DNA from: Roseibium sp.
GTDB taxonomy: Bacteria > Pseudomonadota > Alphaproteobacteria > Rhizobiales > Stappiaceae
NCBI GenBank assembly: GCA_050302295.1
Contig: JBNLAU010000262.1
Location: 1-32,904, forward strand
Length of the DNA stretch: 32,904 nucleotides
Direction: 5' to 3'
Below, piece after piece: positions 8,819 to 17,885 of the stretch. Each line of letters starts with the position of its first letter. Within the stretch, counting starts at the first letter, position 1. A program made the position numbers and the translations under genes. The notes under the pieces were generated by a model, which was not told the DNA's origin, did no database searches, and saw nothing but the letters and a program-made list of their open reading frames with translations.

Positions 8819-11559
8819 GACGGGCCGGAGCAGTTCGCGGAAATGGCCGCCGTGCGGCGGTTAATCTCCTGGACACTGAAAGTCCGTTCAAGCGCTTCAT
8901 CCGGCGCAATATGGTCGGCGCCGCCGGACTGGGGATCATAGCCCTCGCCGCGATGCTGGCGGCTAGCCTTGCGACCTGGTCGGTTGCCGATCCGAGCCTC
9001 AACCACGCGACTGAAGGCCCCGTTCGCAACGCGCTTGGCGCGCCCGGAGCCATCGTTGCCGATATCCTGATGCAGACCATCGGGCTCGCAACAGCGGTGT
9101 TCCTGATCCCGCTTGTGCTGTGGGGCTGGCGGCTTCTGACCGGCCACGACCTCGGCGTCGGCCGCAAGCGCCTGTTTTACTGGGTGGCTGGCTCCGGCCT
9201 TGCCGCCGGTGCATTGGCCGCTCTGCCGGTTCCCGAAAGCTGGCCGCTTCCCACGGGCCTCGGCGGCTTTTTCGGCGACACGGTTCATCACATCCCCGCC
9301 ATGATCACGTCCAACATGACGAGCGGCGCTGCGACGATTGTCGGCGGCCTGGGCCTCGGCGTTCCGGCGGTGCTGCTCCTGCTTGCCGCTGCCGGCTGGC
9401 TGGGCTCCGCCGGTGAGCCCAGCGAGCGCGTGGAACCGAGAGCGACCGCCAGAGGCCACGGCAGGGCCATTGAGGACGAGCTTGGGCTTGAGGATGAAGA
9501 AGGCGAATCCCGTCTTGCTTTGCTGACGAGCGCCTTTGTCGGCCAGATGGAACACTGGGGCCTGCTGGGCATCGCCCAGTTTCGCCGCTTGACCGGCCTG
9601 AAACGCGCCCACTATGACGGCGACGAAGAGGACTGGGACGAAGACGAGGAAGAAGGCGGCTACGCGCCGGATGACACCCGTCAGGAAAGCCGCCTGAAGG
9701 CTTTCCGTCAGGCGTTGACCGGCCGGCTGATGCAAGAAGACGACGATGGTCTGGACGAGTTCTATGATCGCGGACGCCATTCCGACGACGACGAGCCTTA
9801 TGCCGAGGATCCTTACTACGAAGAAGGCGAGGGCTTCGCGCCGGACGAGCTCCTGATCCAAAAAGGACCGGTGTCCGGACGTCCTGCAGTTCCGATCGGC
9901 ATCGCATCACCGGAACCCCAACCCGACGTGCAGCAACATCCCGCGGCCCCGGCCGGCAGGGTTATCCCCGCGGCGCCGCGCCCGAAACAGAGCAAGCGGG
10001 CGATCAAAGAGGCACAGCCATCGTTCCTCGGAGCGCCGGAAGAATACGAACTGCCGCCCCTGCGCCTGCTGGAGGAACCCAAGGCAGACGGCAAGGTGCC
10101 TGGCCTTTCCGCCGATGCGCTTGAACAGAATGCCCGCATCCTGGAAGGCGTTCTTGAAGATTTCGGCGTGCGCGGCGAGATCATCGAGGTCCGTCCGGGC
10201 CCGGTGGTCACCTTGTACGAGCTGGAACCGGCACCAGGCATCAAATCGTCCCGCGTAATCGGTCTGGCCGATGACATCGCCCGCTCCATGAGCGCGATTT
10301 CGGCACGTGTAGCGGTTATTCCCGGCAAAAACGCCATCGGCATCGAATTGCCGAACTCCCGGCGCGAGACAGTTTACCTGCGCGAGCTGCTGGCCGCTCA
10401 GGATTTCGAGAAAACCAAGTCGAAACTGGCCCTGGGGCTCGGCAAGACCATCAATGGCGAAGGCGTTGTCGCCGATCTGGCGCGCATGCCTCACCTGCTG
10501 GTCGCCGGTACCACGGGTTCGGGCAAGTCGGTCGCGATCAACACCATGATCCTGTCGCTGCTTTACCGGCTGACGCCGGATCAGTGCAAACTGATCATGA
10601 TCGACCCGAAAATGCTGGAACTTTCCATCTATGACGGCATCCCGCACCTGCTGACGCCGGTCGTGACCGATCCCAAAAAGGCCGTTGTCGCGCTGAAATG
10701 GACCGTCCGGGAGATGGAGGACCGTTACAAGAAGATGTCCAAAATGGGCGTCCGCAACATCGACGGTTACAACACCCGCATCAAGCAAGCCCTTGAAAAG
10801 GGCGAAAGCTTCACCCGCACCGTGCAGACCGGATTTGACCGGGATACCGGCCAGCCGATCTACGAGGAAGAGGAGCTGCCGCTCGAGCTGATGCCCTATA
10901 TCGTCGTGATCGTCGACGAGATGGCCGACCTGATGATGGTCGCGGGCAAGGACATCGAAGGCGCGATCCAGCGACTTGCCCAGATGGCGCGTGCGGCCGG
11001 CATCCACCTGATCATGGCCACCCAGCGCCCGTCTGTGGACGTCATCACCGGCACGATCAAGGCGAACTTCCCGACCCGGATATCCTTCCAGGTCACCTCG
11101 AAGATCGACAGCCGCACCATTCTGGGCGAGATGGGCGCCGAACAGCTGCTCGGCATGGGCGACATGCTGTTCATGGCCGGCGGCGGCCGCATCCAGCGTG
11201 TCCACGGGCCATTCGTGTCCGATAGCGAGGTCGAGGACATCGTCAAGCATCTGAAGGTTCAGGGCACGCCGCAATATCTGGAAGCGGTGACCGAAGAGGA
11301 AGACGGCGGCGACAGCCCCTATGACGGCGGCAGCCTGGCCGGCGGCGACGAAGGCAACGATCTATACGACAAGGCGGTTGCTATCGTCTTGCGTGACAAG
11401 AAGGCCTCGACTTCCTATATCCAGCGGCGGCTGTCCATCGGCTACAACCGCGCGGCCTCGCTGATTGAACGCATGGAACAGGAAGGGCTTATCAGCCCGG
11501 CCAACCATGCGGGCAAACGCGAGATACTGGTGCAAAACGGCGTTGAGGACGAATTCTGA
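8815..11559 (+). CDS. ftsK: DNA translocase FtsK
   Basis: N-terminal TM domain, acidic linker, [16 protein letters not shown] Walker [10 protein letters not shown] Walker [13 protein letters not shown] and gamma domain [12 protein letters not shown]. Confidence 0.98.
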   Translation: MRRAGAVRGNGRRAAVNLLDTESPFKRFIRRNMVGAAGLGIIALAAMLAASLATWSVADPSLNHATEGPVRNALGAPGAIVADILMQTIGLATAVFLIPLVLWGWRLLTGHDLGVGRKRLFYWVAGSGLAAGALAALPVPESWPLPTGLGGFFGDTVHHIPAMITSNMTSGAATIVGGLGLGVPAVLLLLAAAGWLGSAGEPSERVEPRATARGHGRAIEDELGLEDEEGESRLALLTSAFVGQMEHWGLLGIAQFRRLTGLKRAHYDGDEEDWDEDEEEGGYAPDDTRQESRLKAFRQALTGRLMQEDDDGLDEFYDRGRHSDDDEPYAEDPYYEEGEGFAPDELLIQKGPVSGRPAVPIGIASPEPQPDVQQHPAAPAGRVIPAAPRPKQSKRAIKEAQPSFLGAPEEYELPPLRLLEEPKADGKVPGLSADALEQNARILEGVLEDFGVRGEIIEVRPGPVVTLYELEPAPGIKSSRVIGLADDIARSMSAISARVAVIPGKNAIGIELPNSRRETVYLRELLAAQDFEKTKSKLALGLGKTINGEGVVADLARMPHLLVAGTTGSGKSVAINTMILSLLYRLTPDQCKLIMIDPKMLELSIYDGIPHLLTPVVTDPKKAVVALKWTVREMEDRYKKMSKMGVRNIDGYNTRIKQALEKGESFTRTVQTGFDRDTGQPIYEEEELPLELMPYIVVIVDEMADLMMVAGKDIEGAIQRLAQMARAAGIHLIMATQRPSVDVITGTIKANFPTRISFQVTSKIDSRTILGEMGAEQLLGMGDMLFMAGGGRIQRVHGPFVSDSEVEDIVKHLKVQGTPQYLEAVTEEEDGGDSPYDGGSLAGGDEGNDLYDKAVAIVLRDKKASTSYIQRRLSIGYNRAASLIERMEQEGLISPANHAGKREILVQNGVEDEF

Positions 11560-11680
11560 CCCGGCTGAACCCGCGGTTCTCGGCTTCTCATCGCCATTTG
11601 CTGCGCCATTTCCCCAAATATGTGGAATCAAGGCCTTGAATGCCAAAGCTTTGCCACATGCGGACACTAGCTAGGGCATA

Positions 11681-12370
11681 ATGAAAAACGCTGCCAATGA
11701 TTCAGGACTTTGCATCATGCTGAAACGTCTCGCCCGTCACATGGCCAAGCCGATCGCAGCCGCGGGTCTCGCTGTCGCTCTGAGCGCAGCGGCTCTCCTG
11801 CCCGCACAGGCCTTGACCGATCGGGAACAAAAGACCCTCAAGGAGTTGAACACCTACTTCAACTCCGTAAAGACCATGCATGGCGACTTCATCCAGTTCG
11901 GCCCGGACGGTAATCAGACCGACGGCAAATTCTACATGGCCCGGCCCGGCAAGGTGCGCTTCTACTACAACAAGCCCTCGGTTCTGGACATCGTGGCGGA
12001 CGGCAAATCGGTCTCCGTGCGCGACCGCAAGCTGAACACGCAGGATATCTGGCCGCTCGGCCAGACCCCGCTGCGTTTCCTGCTTTCCGACTCGATCGAT
12101 CTGCAGCGCGACACCAATGTCACCAATGTTCTGGTGGAAGAAGACCTCGTGACGGTCACCATCTTCGACAAGACCAAGTTCAACTCCGGCACTCTGACAC
12201 TGATCTTCGATGCAGAAGACTTTGCGCTCAAGCAATGGACCGTCACCGACCAGCAGGGTTATGACACTTCCGTCGCGGTTTATAATGTCGTTTCCAACGG
12301 CCCGACCAATCCGGACCTCTTCAAGATCGACTATCAGGCGAACGTCCGTCAGGGCCGTGGTCAGAATTGA
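11681..12370 (+). CDS. lolA: Outer-membrane lipoprotein carrier LolA family protein
   Basis: Signal-peptide-like N-terminus, RPGKVRFYY, TPLRFLL, LKQWTVTD; follows ftsK. Start may be ATG 11717. Confidence 0.9.
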   Translation: MKNAANDSGLCIMLKRLARHMAKPIAAAGLAVALSAAALLPAQALTDREQKTLKELNTYFNSVKTMHGDFIQFGPDGNQTDGKFYMARPGKVRFYYNKPSVLDIVADGKSVSVRDRKLNTQDIWPLGQTPLRFLLSDSIDLQRDTNVTNVLVEEDLVTVTIFDKTKFNSGTLTLIFDAEDFALKQWTVTDQQGYDTSVAVYNVVSNGPTNPDLFKIDYQANVRQGRGQN

Positions 12371-13365
12371 CCGGCGCCGCTGGTCCGCAAATGACTGGGG
12401 CAGCGTCTTCCGGCAAGCGGTCAGCCGTCTTTGAGCTGCTTGAAAATTACTGCGGCCGCAACGGTCTTCGGCTGACGGCAGGAGATCCGCACGGCCATGC
12501 GGGACGGGTCGAAAGCCCGGCTGGGAAATGCTGGTTTTTCAAGGGCACCCGTTTCGACCTCAATACATACGGCGCGGCGGAGATCGCCAACGACAAGGCC
12601 TATGCCTCCGGCTTTCTGAAACGGAGCGGCATTGCCGTGCCCGCCGGGCGTTTTGTCCTGAGCGCCGACATCCGCAACACGGAACCGCTGCCTAAGGATG
12701 TGCTCGACTTTGCCGGGCAAACCGGATTCCCGCTGTTCGTGAAACCCAATGAAGGTCAGGAAGGCCGGGGCGTCATGCGGGCCGAGACCCATCAGACCCT
12801 GCAGAACGCCCTGCACCTCCTCGCTAAAGACCACACCTCGATGCTCGTTCAGGAAGAGGTTCGGGGTACGGATCTCAGGGTCGTGGTCCTCGACGGCGAA
12901 GTGCTTTGCGCCTTCGAACGGCACCCGCCGACCGTGACAGGTGACGGCACAAGCGGCCTGAGGAAACTGGTCCTTGCCCAGGCGAAAATCGATCCGGACG
13001 ACAGCCGCATCCCTGCCGAGCTCTCACGGCAATCGTTGACGTTGGAAAGCGTACCTGCGGCCGGACGGACGGTGACGCTGCTGCCCGTCTCCAACCTGTC
13101 TTCCGGCGGCACCGCCAGGGTCGTGACCGAGACGCTTGCCCCGGAAATCCGGGACATTTCCAGCCGGGCGGTAAAGGCGCTGGGGCTGAGATATGCCGGT
13201 GTCGACCTCATCGTCCCGAACCAACCGCGCCCCGGCACGGCAGCGGTGGTGCTGGAAGTCAACGCCGCCCCGGGCCTCAACAATCTCTATCGGCAGGGCC
13301 CGGACGAGGCGGAGATTGTCGCGGGAACATACGAAAAGGTATTTGCCGCGCTGTTTGGCGCCTGA
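12367..13365 (+). CDS. Stand-alone ATP-grasp ligase (resembles the ATP-grasp domain of cyanophycin synthetase/GshF)
   Basis: ANDK, FPLFVKPNEGQEGRGV, VQEEVRGTDLRVVV, TGDG, SNLSSGG, GVDL, LEVNAAPG. No Mur-ligase domain. Start TTG 12367 (overlaps lolA stop) or ATG 12391. Confidence 0.82.
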   Translation: MTGAAGPQMTGAASSGKRSAVFELLENYCGRNGLRLTAGDPHGHAGRVESPAGKCWFFKGTRFDLNTYGAAEIANDKAYASGFLKRSGIAVPAGRFVLSADIRNTEPLPKDVLDFAGQTGFPLFVKPNEGQEGRGVMRAETHQTLQNALHLLAKDHTSMLVQEEVRGTDLRVVVLDGEVLCAFERHPPTVTGDGTSGLRKLVLAQAKIDPDDSRIPAELSRQSLTLESVPAAGRTVTLLPVSNLSSGGTARVVTETLAPEIRDISSRAVKALGLRYAGVDLIVPNQPRPGTAAVVLEVNAAPGLNNLYRQGPDEAEIVAGTYEKVFAALFGA

Positions 13366-13510
13366 AGTGCAAAGACCAAAACAGTCCCTGGTACCACTCC
13401 CCTCCCTCGGCAAAGGCTTTCAGCTGTAGGTCCTTTCCTCAAACTGCGCGGCACGTGGTCTTCCGCAATCGTGTCGTGATCAATGCCGGCCGGCATAATA
13501 CCAACGCACG

Positions 13511-13549
13511 AAAAAGCCGCTGGATCAAGATTATGGTCCAGCGGCTTTT
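13511..13549. terminator. Bidirectional rho-independent terminator
   Basis: AAAAGCCGCTGGA...TCCAGCGGCTTTT stem with A/T tails on both sides, between convergent genes. Confidence 0.85.
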
Positions 13550-13593
13550 GATTTTAGAGGGTCGGTGGTCTTGTTGTGCCTGTGCGGCCGTTA

Positions 13594-14745
13594 TCAGATC
13601 ACCTTGCGAACTTCGCTGAGGAAGTTGGCCACTTCGGTGCGCATCACTTCGCCCTTTTTTGACAGTTCAGCAGAAGCGCCCAGAACCTGGCTCGCGGCGG
13701 TGCCACATGCGGAGGCGGCTTCATTGATGGTACCGATGCCCGCACTCACCTCGGAAGTTCCGACCGCGGCCTGATCGATATTGTACGCAACTTCAGAGGT
13801 CGCGGCGCTTTGCTCCTCGACCGCGCCCGCGATCGTGGTCGCTATCTCATTGACCCTCGCAATGGTCTGGCCGATGGACTCAATAGAGGTAACCGCCTGG
13901 CTGCTTGCGTTTTGGATGCCTGCAATCTGCGCTCCGATCTCGTCGGTCGCTTTCGCCGTCTGGCTTGCAAGCCCCTTCACTTCAGAGGCGACCACGGCGA
14001 ACCCTTTGCCGGCTTCGCCTGCCCGCGCCGCTGCGATCGTCGCGTTCAGAGCCAGCAGGTTGGTCTGCGCGGCAATATCGGTGATAAGCGCGACAACCGC
14101 GCCGATCTTGTCGGAAGCGGCCGACAGGCCGCCAATGTCCTGGGTCGTCTGGTCGACTTCCCTGACCGCCTCGGCGGTGATCTGCGATGATCTGGCAACT
14201 TGCTCGTTGATCTCGCTGACCGACTGGGTCATCTCCTCGGCGGCAGCAGCCACTGAGCCGACATTGGTAGATGCCTCCTCCGCCGCAGCGGCAACCGCCG
14301 TTGCCTGCTCATGTGCAGAAGAGGTCGATGTATTCAGGGTAGCTGCCGACGCTTCCAGTTCCACCGCTGAAGCGGCAACCGAATCGACCACCTCTTTCAT
14401 CTGATCTTCGAAAAGCTGAACCACACGCGTAAAATCGCTGACCCTTTTTTCCATCGAGTCCATCGCCGTATTGACGGTCCGGCTCGCCTCGCCGAAGGCT
14501 CCGGTCATGCCCCGCTCCGATATGCGGCGGTAATATTTGTTGGCCGCCACATATTCGAGTGATGCCCGCGATTCGCGGATATAGGCGTCCGACCGGTCGA
14601 TCAGGCGGTTGATTGCGTGCAGCAACCGTCCCGCGTCGCCCGTTTCGGTGATGTTGGTGACGCGTGCCTCGAAATCACCGTCAGCAGCGGCCTCGCAGAC
14701 CTCGACGGCCTTTCGGACAGCCGATTTGTATTGGTTGGAAAGCAT
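13594..14745 (-). CDS. Soluble methyl-accepting chemotaxis protein (HAMP-like + signalling domain, no TM)
   Basis: [14 protein letters not shown]-like start; [34 protein letters not shown] hairpin; no hydrophobic span; AGGAAG RBS before ATG 14745. Confidence 0.93.
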   Translation of the reverse strand: MLSNQYKSAVRKAVEVCEAAADGDFEARVTNITETGDAGRLLHAINRLIDRSDAYIRESRASLEYVAANKYYRRISERGMTGAFGEASRTVNTAMDSMEKRVSDFTRVVQLFEDQMKEVVDSVAASAVELEASAATLNTSTSSAHEQATAVAAAAEEASTNVGSVAAAAEEMTQSVSEINEQVARSSQITAEAVREVDQTTQDIGGLSAASDKIGAVVALITDIAAQTNLLALNATIAAARAGEAGKGFAVVASEVKGLASQTAKATDEIGAQIAGIQNASSQAVTSIESIGQTIARVNEIATTIAGAVEEQSAATSEVAYNIDQAAVGTSEVSAGIGTINEAASACGTAASQVLGASAELSKKGEVMRTEVANFLSEVRKVI

Positions 14746-14800
14746 GTGACTCAAACTTCCTGGTTTCAAATCTCAAACAAAATGCGATTGCTGGCGGCGG

Positions 14801-15334
14801 TCAGGCTGCCTGGAGCGTGGCGACGAACTCGTCGTATTGCATGTTCTTGCTGTTCAGCAGCTTCGCGACCATCTCCGTCGACGCCTTCAGACCGTCCTTG
14901 CGGTTGGCGTGCCGCTGCTCTTCGGCCAGCAGCTTCTTGTAGAGCGGCATGATCGTCCCTTCCAGGACACCGCGATCGGGAACGCGGCGGCTGGAATGAT
15001 AGCCCACGACGTTGCCCGCACCGTCACGGCTGGGCGTCACATGCGCGACCACCCAATAGTGGTCGCCGTTCTTGCAGCGGTTGACGACATAGGCAAAGAT
15101 TTCATGACCATTCAGAATGGTGTCCCAAAGCCGATGGAATATGCATCGCGGCATATGCGGGTGCCGGATCATGCTGTGCGGCTGACCAAGGCATTCCTTT
15201 TCCGTGTATCCCGCGATCCGCAGAAAGACATCGTTGCAATAAGTCAAACGGCCCTTGAGATCCGTCTTGCTGACAATGATTTCATCTTCGTCGAAAAATC
15301 GCTCGACACCCGTCAATGAAGTTGGCCGCGACAT
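14801..15334 (-). CDS. Stand-alone Aer-type PAS domain protein
   Basis: IVSKTDLKGRLTYCN, HSMIRHPHMP, LWDTI and NRCKNGDHYWV match the FAD-binding PAS of Aer/CetB. ATG 15334 has a GGAGA RBS. Confidence 0.9.
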   Translation of the reverse strand: MSRPTSLTGVERFFDEDEIIVSKTDLKGRLTYCNDVFLRIAGYTEKECLGQPHSMIRHPHMPRCIFHRLWDTILNGHEIFAYVVNRCKNGDHYWVVAHVTPSRDGAGNVVGYHSSRRVPDRGVLEGTIMPLYKKLLAEEQRHANRKDGLKASTEMVAKLLNSKNMQYDEFVATLQAA

Positions 15335-15460
15335 AATCCGTTCTCCGCCTCTGCAAATCTTGGAAATCGGCACCCTGATGCCGCTGCCCGTAAGTATTTC
15401 ATGACTGCGTTCTTACAGGGAGCAGTCGAAACAGATTGAGTTTCAACCTGCCGACGTGTG

Positions 15461-15476
15461 GTTAACAGCAAATTAC
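15461..15476 (-). promoter_or_regulatory. CtrA-like box upstream of the PAS-MCP operon
   Basis: Minus strand GTAA-tttgctg-TTAAC, one mismatch to TTAA-N7-TTAAC, about 130 bp upstream of a chemotaxis operon. Confidence 0.5.
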
Positions 15477-15745
15477 AAATGTTTACTCGCCAAACTATCA
15501 CGCGCCATTCGGATAGATTGCTCGCAATTCGGATAGCAGTCGCCTCTTCGCCCGCTGTGGCCTGACCGGGAGAAACGCAAATATGCACTTCCCGGCGCGT
15601 GATCCACGCAGGACATCAGGATTCGGCGACCACCGTCATTGCGCGCCTTGCGTCACAACTGTCCGGTTGGGCGTTTTACCAGCCATAATGAATAGGAACT
15701 CATCTGAGAGACACGGTGCATGAACCTGACCAGCACCGGGATAAT

Positions 15746-16777
15746 TCACGCTCGGGTAGACTGTTCCTCGCCGAAGGAAACCAGACGCATGGCGCTTTCA
15801 TCCCACAAGACAAGCTTCACGCAATTGAAGCTCTCCCGGAACGTGATCCGGCTGATGTCCTTCAGCTCCGGGTGATCCCGGAGCACTTCGGGCAAGCGGT
15901 AAAACGGGATTTTTGCCGCCAGGTGATGAACGTGGTGAATGCCGATATTGCCGGACAACCAGCGGAGCGGACGGGGCAGGTCGTAATGCGAACTGCCATG
16001 AAGCGCGGCCTCCTGGAACTTCCAGTCAGGGTCCTTTGCCCAGTGCGTGGCTTCAAACTGATGCTGCACGTAAAAGAGCCAGACGCCTGTTGTCGCGGCC
16101 ATCAGTGTGACGGGTATCTGAACCAGCAGAAACGGAACCAGGCCGATGAGCCAGATCATCACGGCAATGGGCAGGACGATGCCGCAATTGGTTGCGATCG
16201 TTGAGACCCATGGCAAGGCTCCGGCGCGCATGAGGCCGAGCGGCAATCTGTACTGGCAAACAAACAGCCAGGCGGGACCGAACCCGAACATGACAAGCGG
16301 ATGGCGGTAGAGCCGATAGCGAAGGCGCTGCCAGCGGGAAAGGGCGCGATACTCGGACACCGTGAGCGTGTCGACGTCGCCGATACCCCTCCGGTCCAGA
16401 TTCCCTGCCGACGCGTGGTGAACGGCATGCGTCCGGCGCCAGTAGTCATAGGGAGTAAGTGTGATGACCCCAAGCACCCGGCCGATCCAGTTATTGAGGC
16501 CGCGATGCGCAAAAAGGGTTCCGTGACCACAGTCGTGCTGCAGGATGAACAGCCGAACCAGAAAGCCGGCGGCAGGAATGGTGAACAACAGTCCCCACCA
16601 TTCGCCGCGCAGCACGGTGACTGCCGCGGCAGCCCAAAAGAACACGAACGGAAGAACCGTCACCGCGATTTCGAAAACGCTGCGAACCGGATGCGGTTGC
16701 CGGTATTTCGCGAGTTCCTTTGCCCAGGATTTCTTGCTTGTTGTTGCCTCAAAGGAGGAGGGAGTACAGGTCGTCAC
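15746..16777 (-). CDS. Membrane fatty-acid desaturase (Des/DesA-like)
   Basis: Three His boxes HDCGH, HAVHH, HHVHH plus YVQHQF. GTG 16777 follows AGGA; alternative start ATG 16804. Confidence 0.92.
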   Translation of the reverse strand: MTTCTPSSFEATTSKKSWAKELAKYRQPHPVRSVFEIAVTVLPFVFFWAAAAVTVLRGEWWGLLFTIPAAGFLVRLFILQHDCGHGTLFAHRGLNNWIGRVLGVITLTPYDYWRRTHAVHHASAGNLDRRGIGDVDTLTVSEYRALSRWQRLRYRLYRHPLVMFGFGPAWLFVCQYRLPLGLMRAGALPWVSTIATNCGIVLPIAVMIWLIGLVPFLLVQIPVTLMAATTGVWLFYVQHQFEATHWAKDPDWKFQEAALHGSSHYDLPRPLRWLSGNIGIHHVHHLAAKIPFYRLPEVLRDHPELKDISRITFRESFNCVKLVLWDESAMRLVSFGEEQSTRA

Positions 16778-17300
16778 ATCAGTTCCTGAATTCAATAGAC
16801 GCATGTGGCTGGCCACATCCGCCTGGGTGGGTCGCACCTTTGTTCCGATGTTGATTTCGGCTTTCTGGCGCCTTTGTTCTCTGCTTCTGCAGTTTGCTTC
16901 ATTTTCCTGCATGCAAGGCGGCCCCCATTCGGCCGCAGGATGCTGGCTGTGCGGAGGTCCGTGCCCTGGTTCGACGTTGAAGGGGAAGATCGCAGATGAC
17001 GCGTTTCAACGCGCAGTCACAAAGTTCGCCAAATAATATCGAGTAAAACTACATAGGATATAAACTTGTTAAAAACAAGGAGATCTGCAGATCAATTTAA
17101 GTTTATAGACAAATATTTTCGCAACAAAGACAAAATCTATTTGCTTCAAAATTGTAATCAGTAATTGAACTTATACATAGCATAATCGCGGCGGCCACTC
17201 TCCTAATACCAAGCGCAACAAATAGGATCTTGTCCGATCCTCTGGTCGAGGCTCACCATGGCTGCGCCGTCAAGCTGATGGGTGGCGACGCGTTCGTTTT

Positions 17301-17885
17301 TTATGAGGTCGTTTCGCGCTTCACGCTGTCCCGCAGAGGAGCCGGGATGTCCGCCGGACGTCCCCCCGCCTTCAGGTGCATCGCGTGCTGCCACAAAGCA
17401 CGGGCGCGGATTTCAGGTGTATCGCGCAAGAAAATTCTCCGGCCCGCCTCGTCCTCGACAGAGGCATTCCAGCCCCCATCGGCCAGGTCGCGCCACTCGA
17501 CGTTGAGATGGACCTCGGAATGATTGAAGAGAAAACGCAGGGCGCGTGCCGGAAGACTCGCGCCAAGCGTGACATCGTCCTCGCGGACGACGAGATCTTT
17601 CGGATACGGCCCTCCATGGCCTTCACGGACCCATGCGATCACCTCACTCAACATGCGCGCCTGATAGCCGATATGTGCAATCACATGGCTCCGGGTGAGT
17701 CCGGGCAACGCCGAGGGCTGATCGAGTTCGGCGTCTGTAAGGTTATTGAGAAGCCGTGCGAAATAGGCGGTGCCGCGCCGCGCCCAGTCCAGGTCCCGGG
17801 CCGGGGCATTGGCAGCGTCATAGCGCGCGCCGCCGCCCTGGCGTGCCCTCAAGGCGGCCCGGGCTTCTGCCAGTGTCCCGCTCAC
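17301..17885 (-). CDS. Mycothiol-dependent maleylpyruvate isomerase (MDMPI)-like N-terminal domain protein, degenerate active site
   Basis: ARRGTAYFAR...SALPGLTRSHVIAHIGYQA...RARALWQHAMHL aligns by recall to Corynebacterium MDMPI. GTG 17885 overlaps the dioxygenase stop (GTGA). Confidence 0.8.
   Translation of the reverse strand: MSGTLAEARAALRARQGGGARYDAANAPARDLDWARRGTAYFARLLNNLTDAELDQPSALPGLTRSHVIAHIGYQARMLSEVIAWVREGHGGPYPKDLVVREDDVTLGASLPARALRFLFNHSEVHLNVEWRDLADGGWNASVEDEAGRRIFLRDTPEIRARALWQHAMHLKAGGRPADIPAPLRDSVKRETTS

Noticed and set aside
9480-9850. Asp/Glu-rich low-complexity stretch in ftsK as a repeat or insertion
   Set aside because: Normal variable FtsK linker; no nucleotide-level periodicity.
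13366-13510. Possible RiPP precursor or sRNA after the ATP-grasp gene
   Set aside because: No ORF with an RBS or repeated core motif, and no recognisable RNA structure apart from the terminator.
14746-14803. PAS and MCP as one frameshifted aer pseudogene
   Set aside because: The PAS gene has a normal C-terminal extension and stop, the MCP has its own RBS and ATG, and no TM-coding remnant lies between them.
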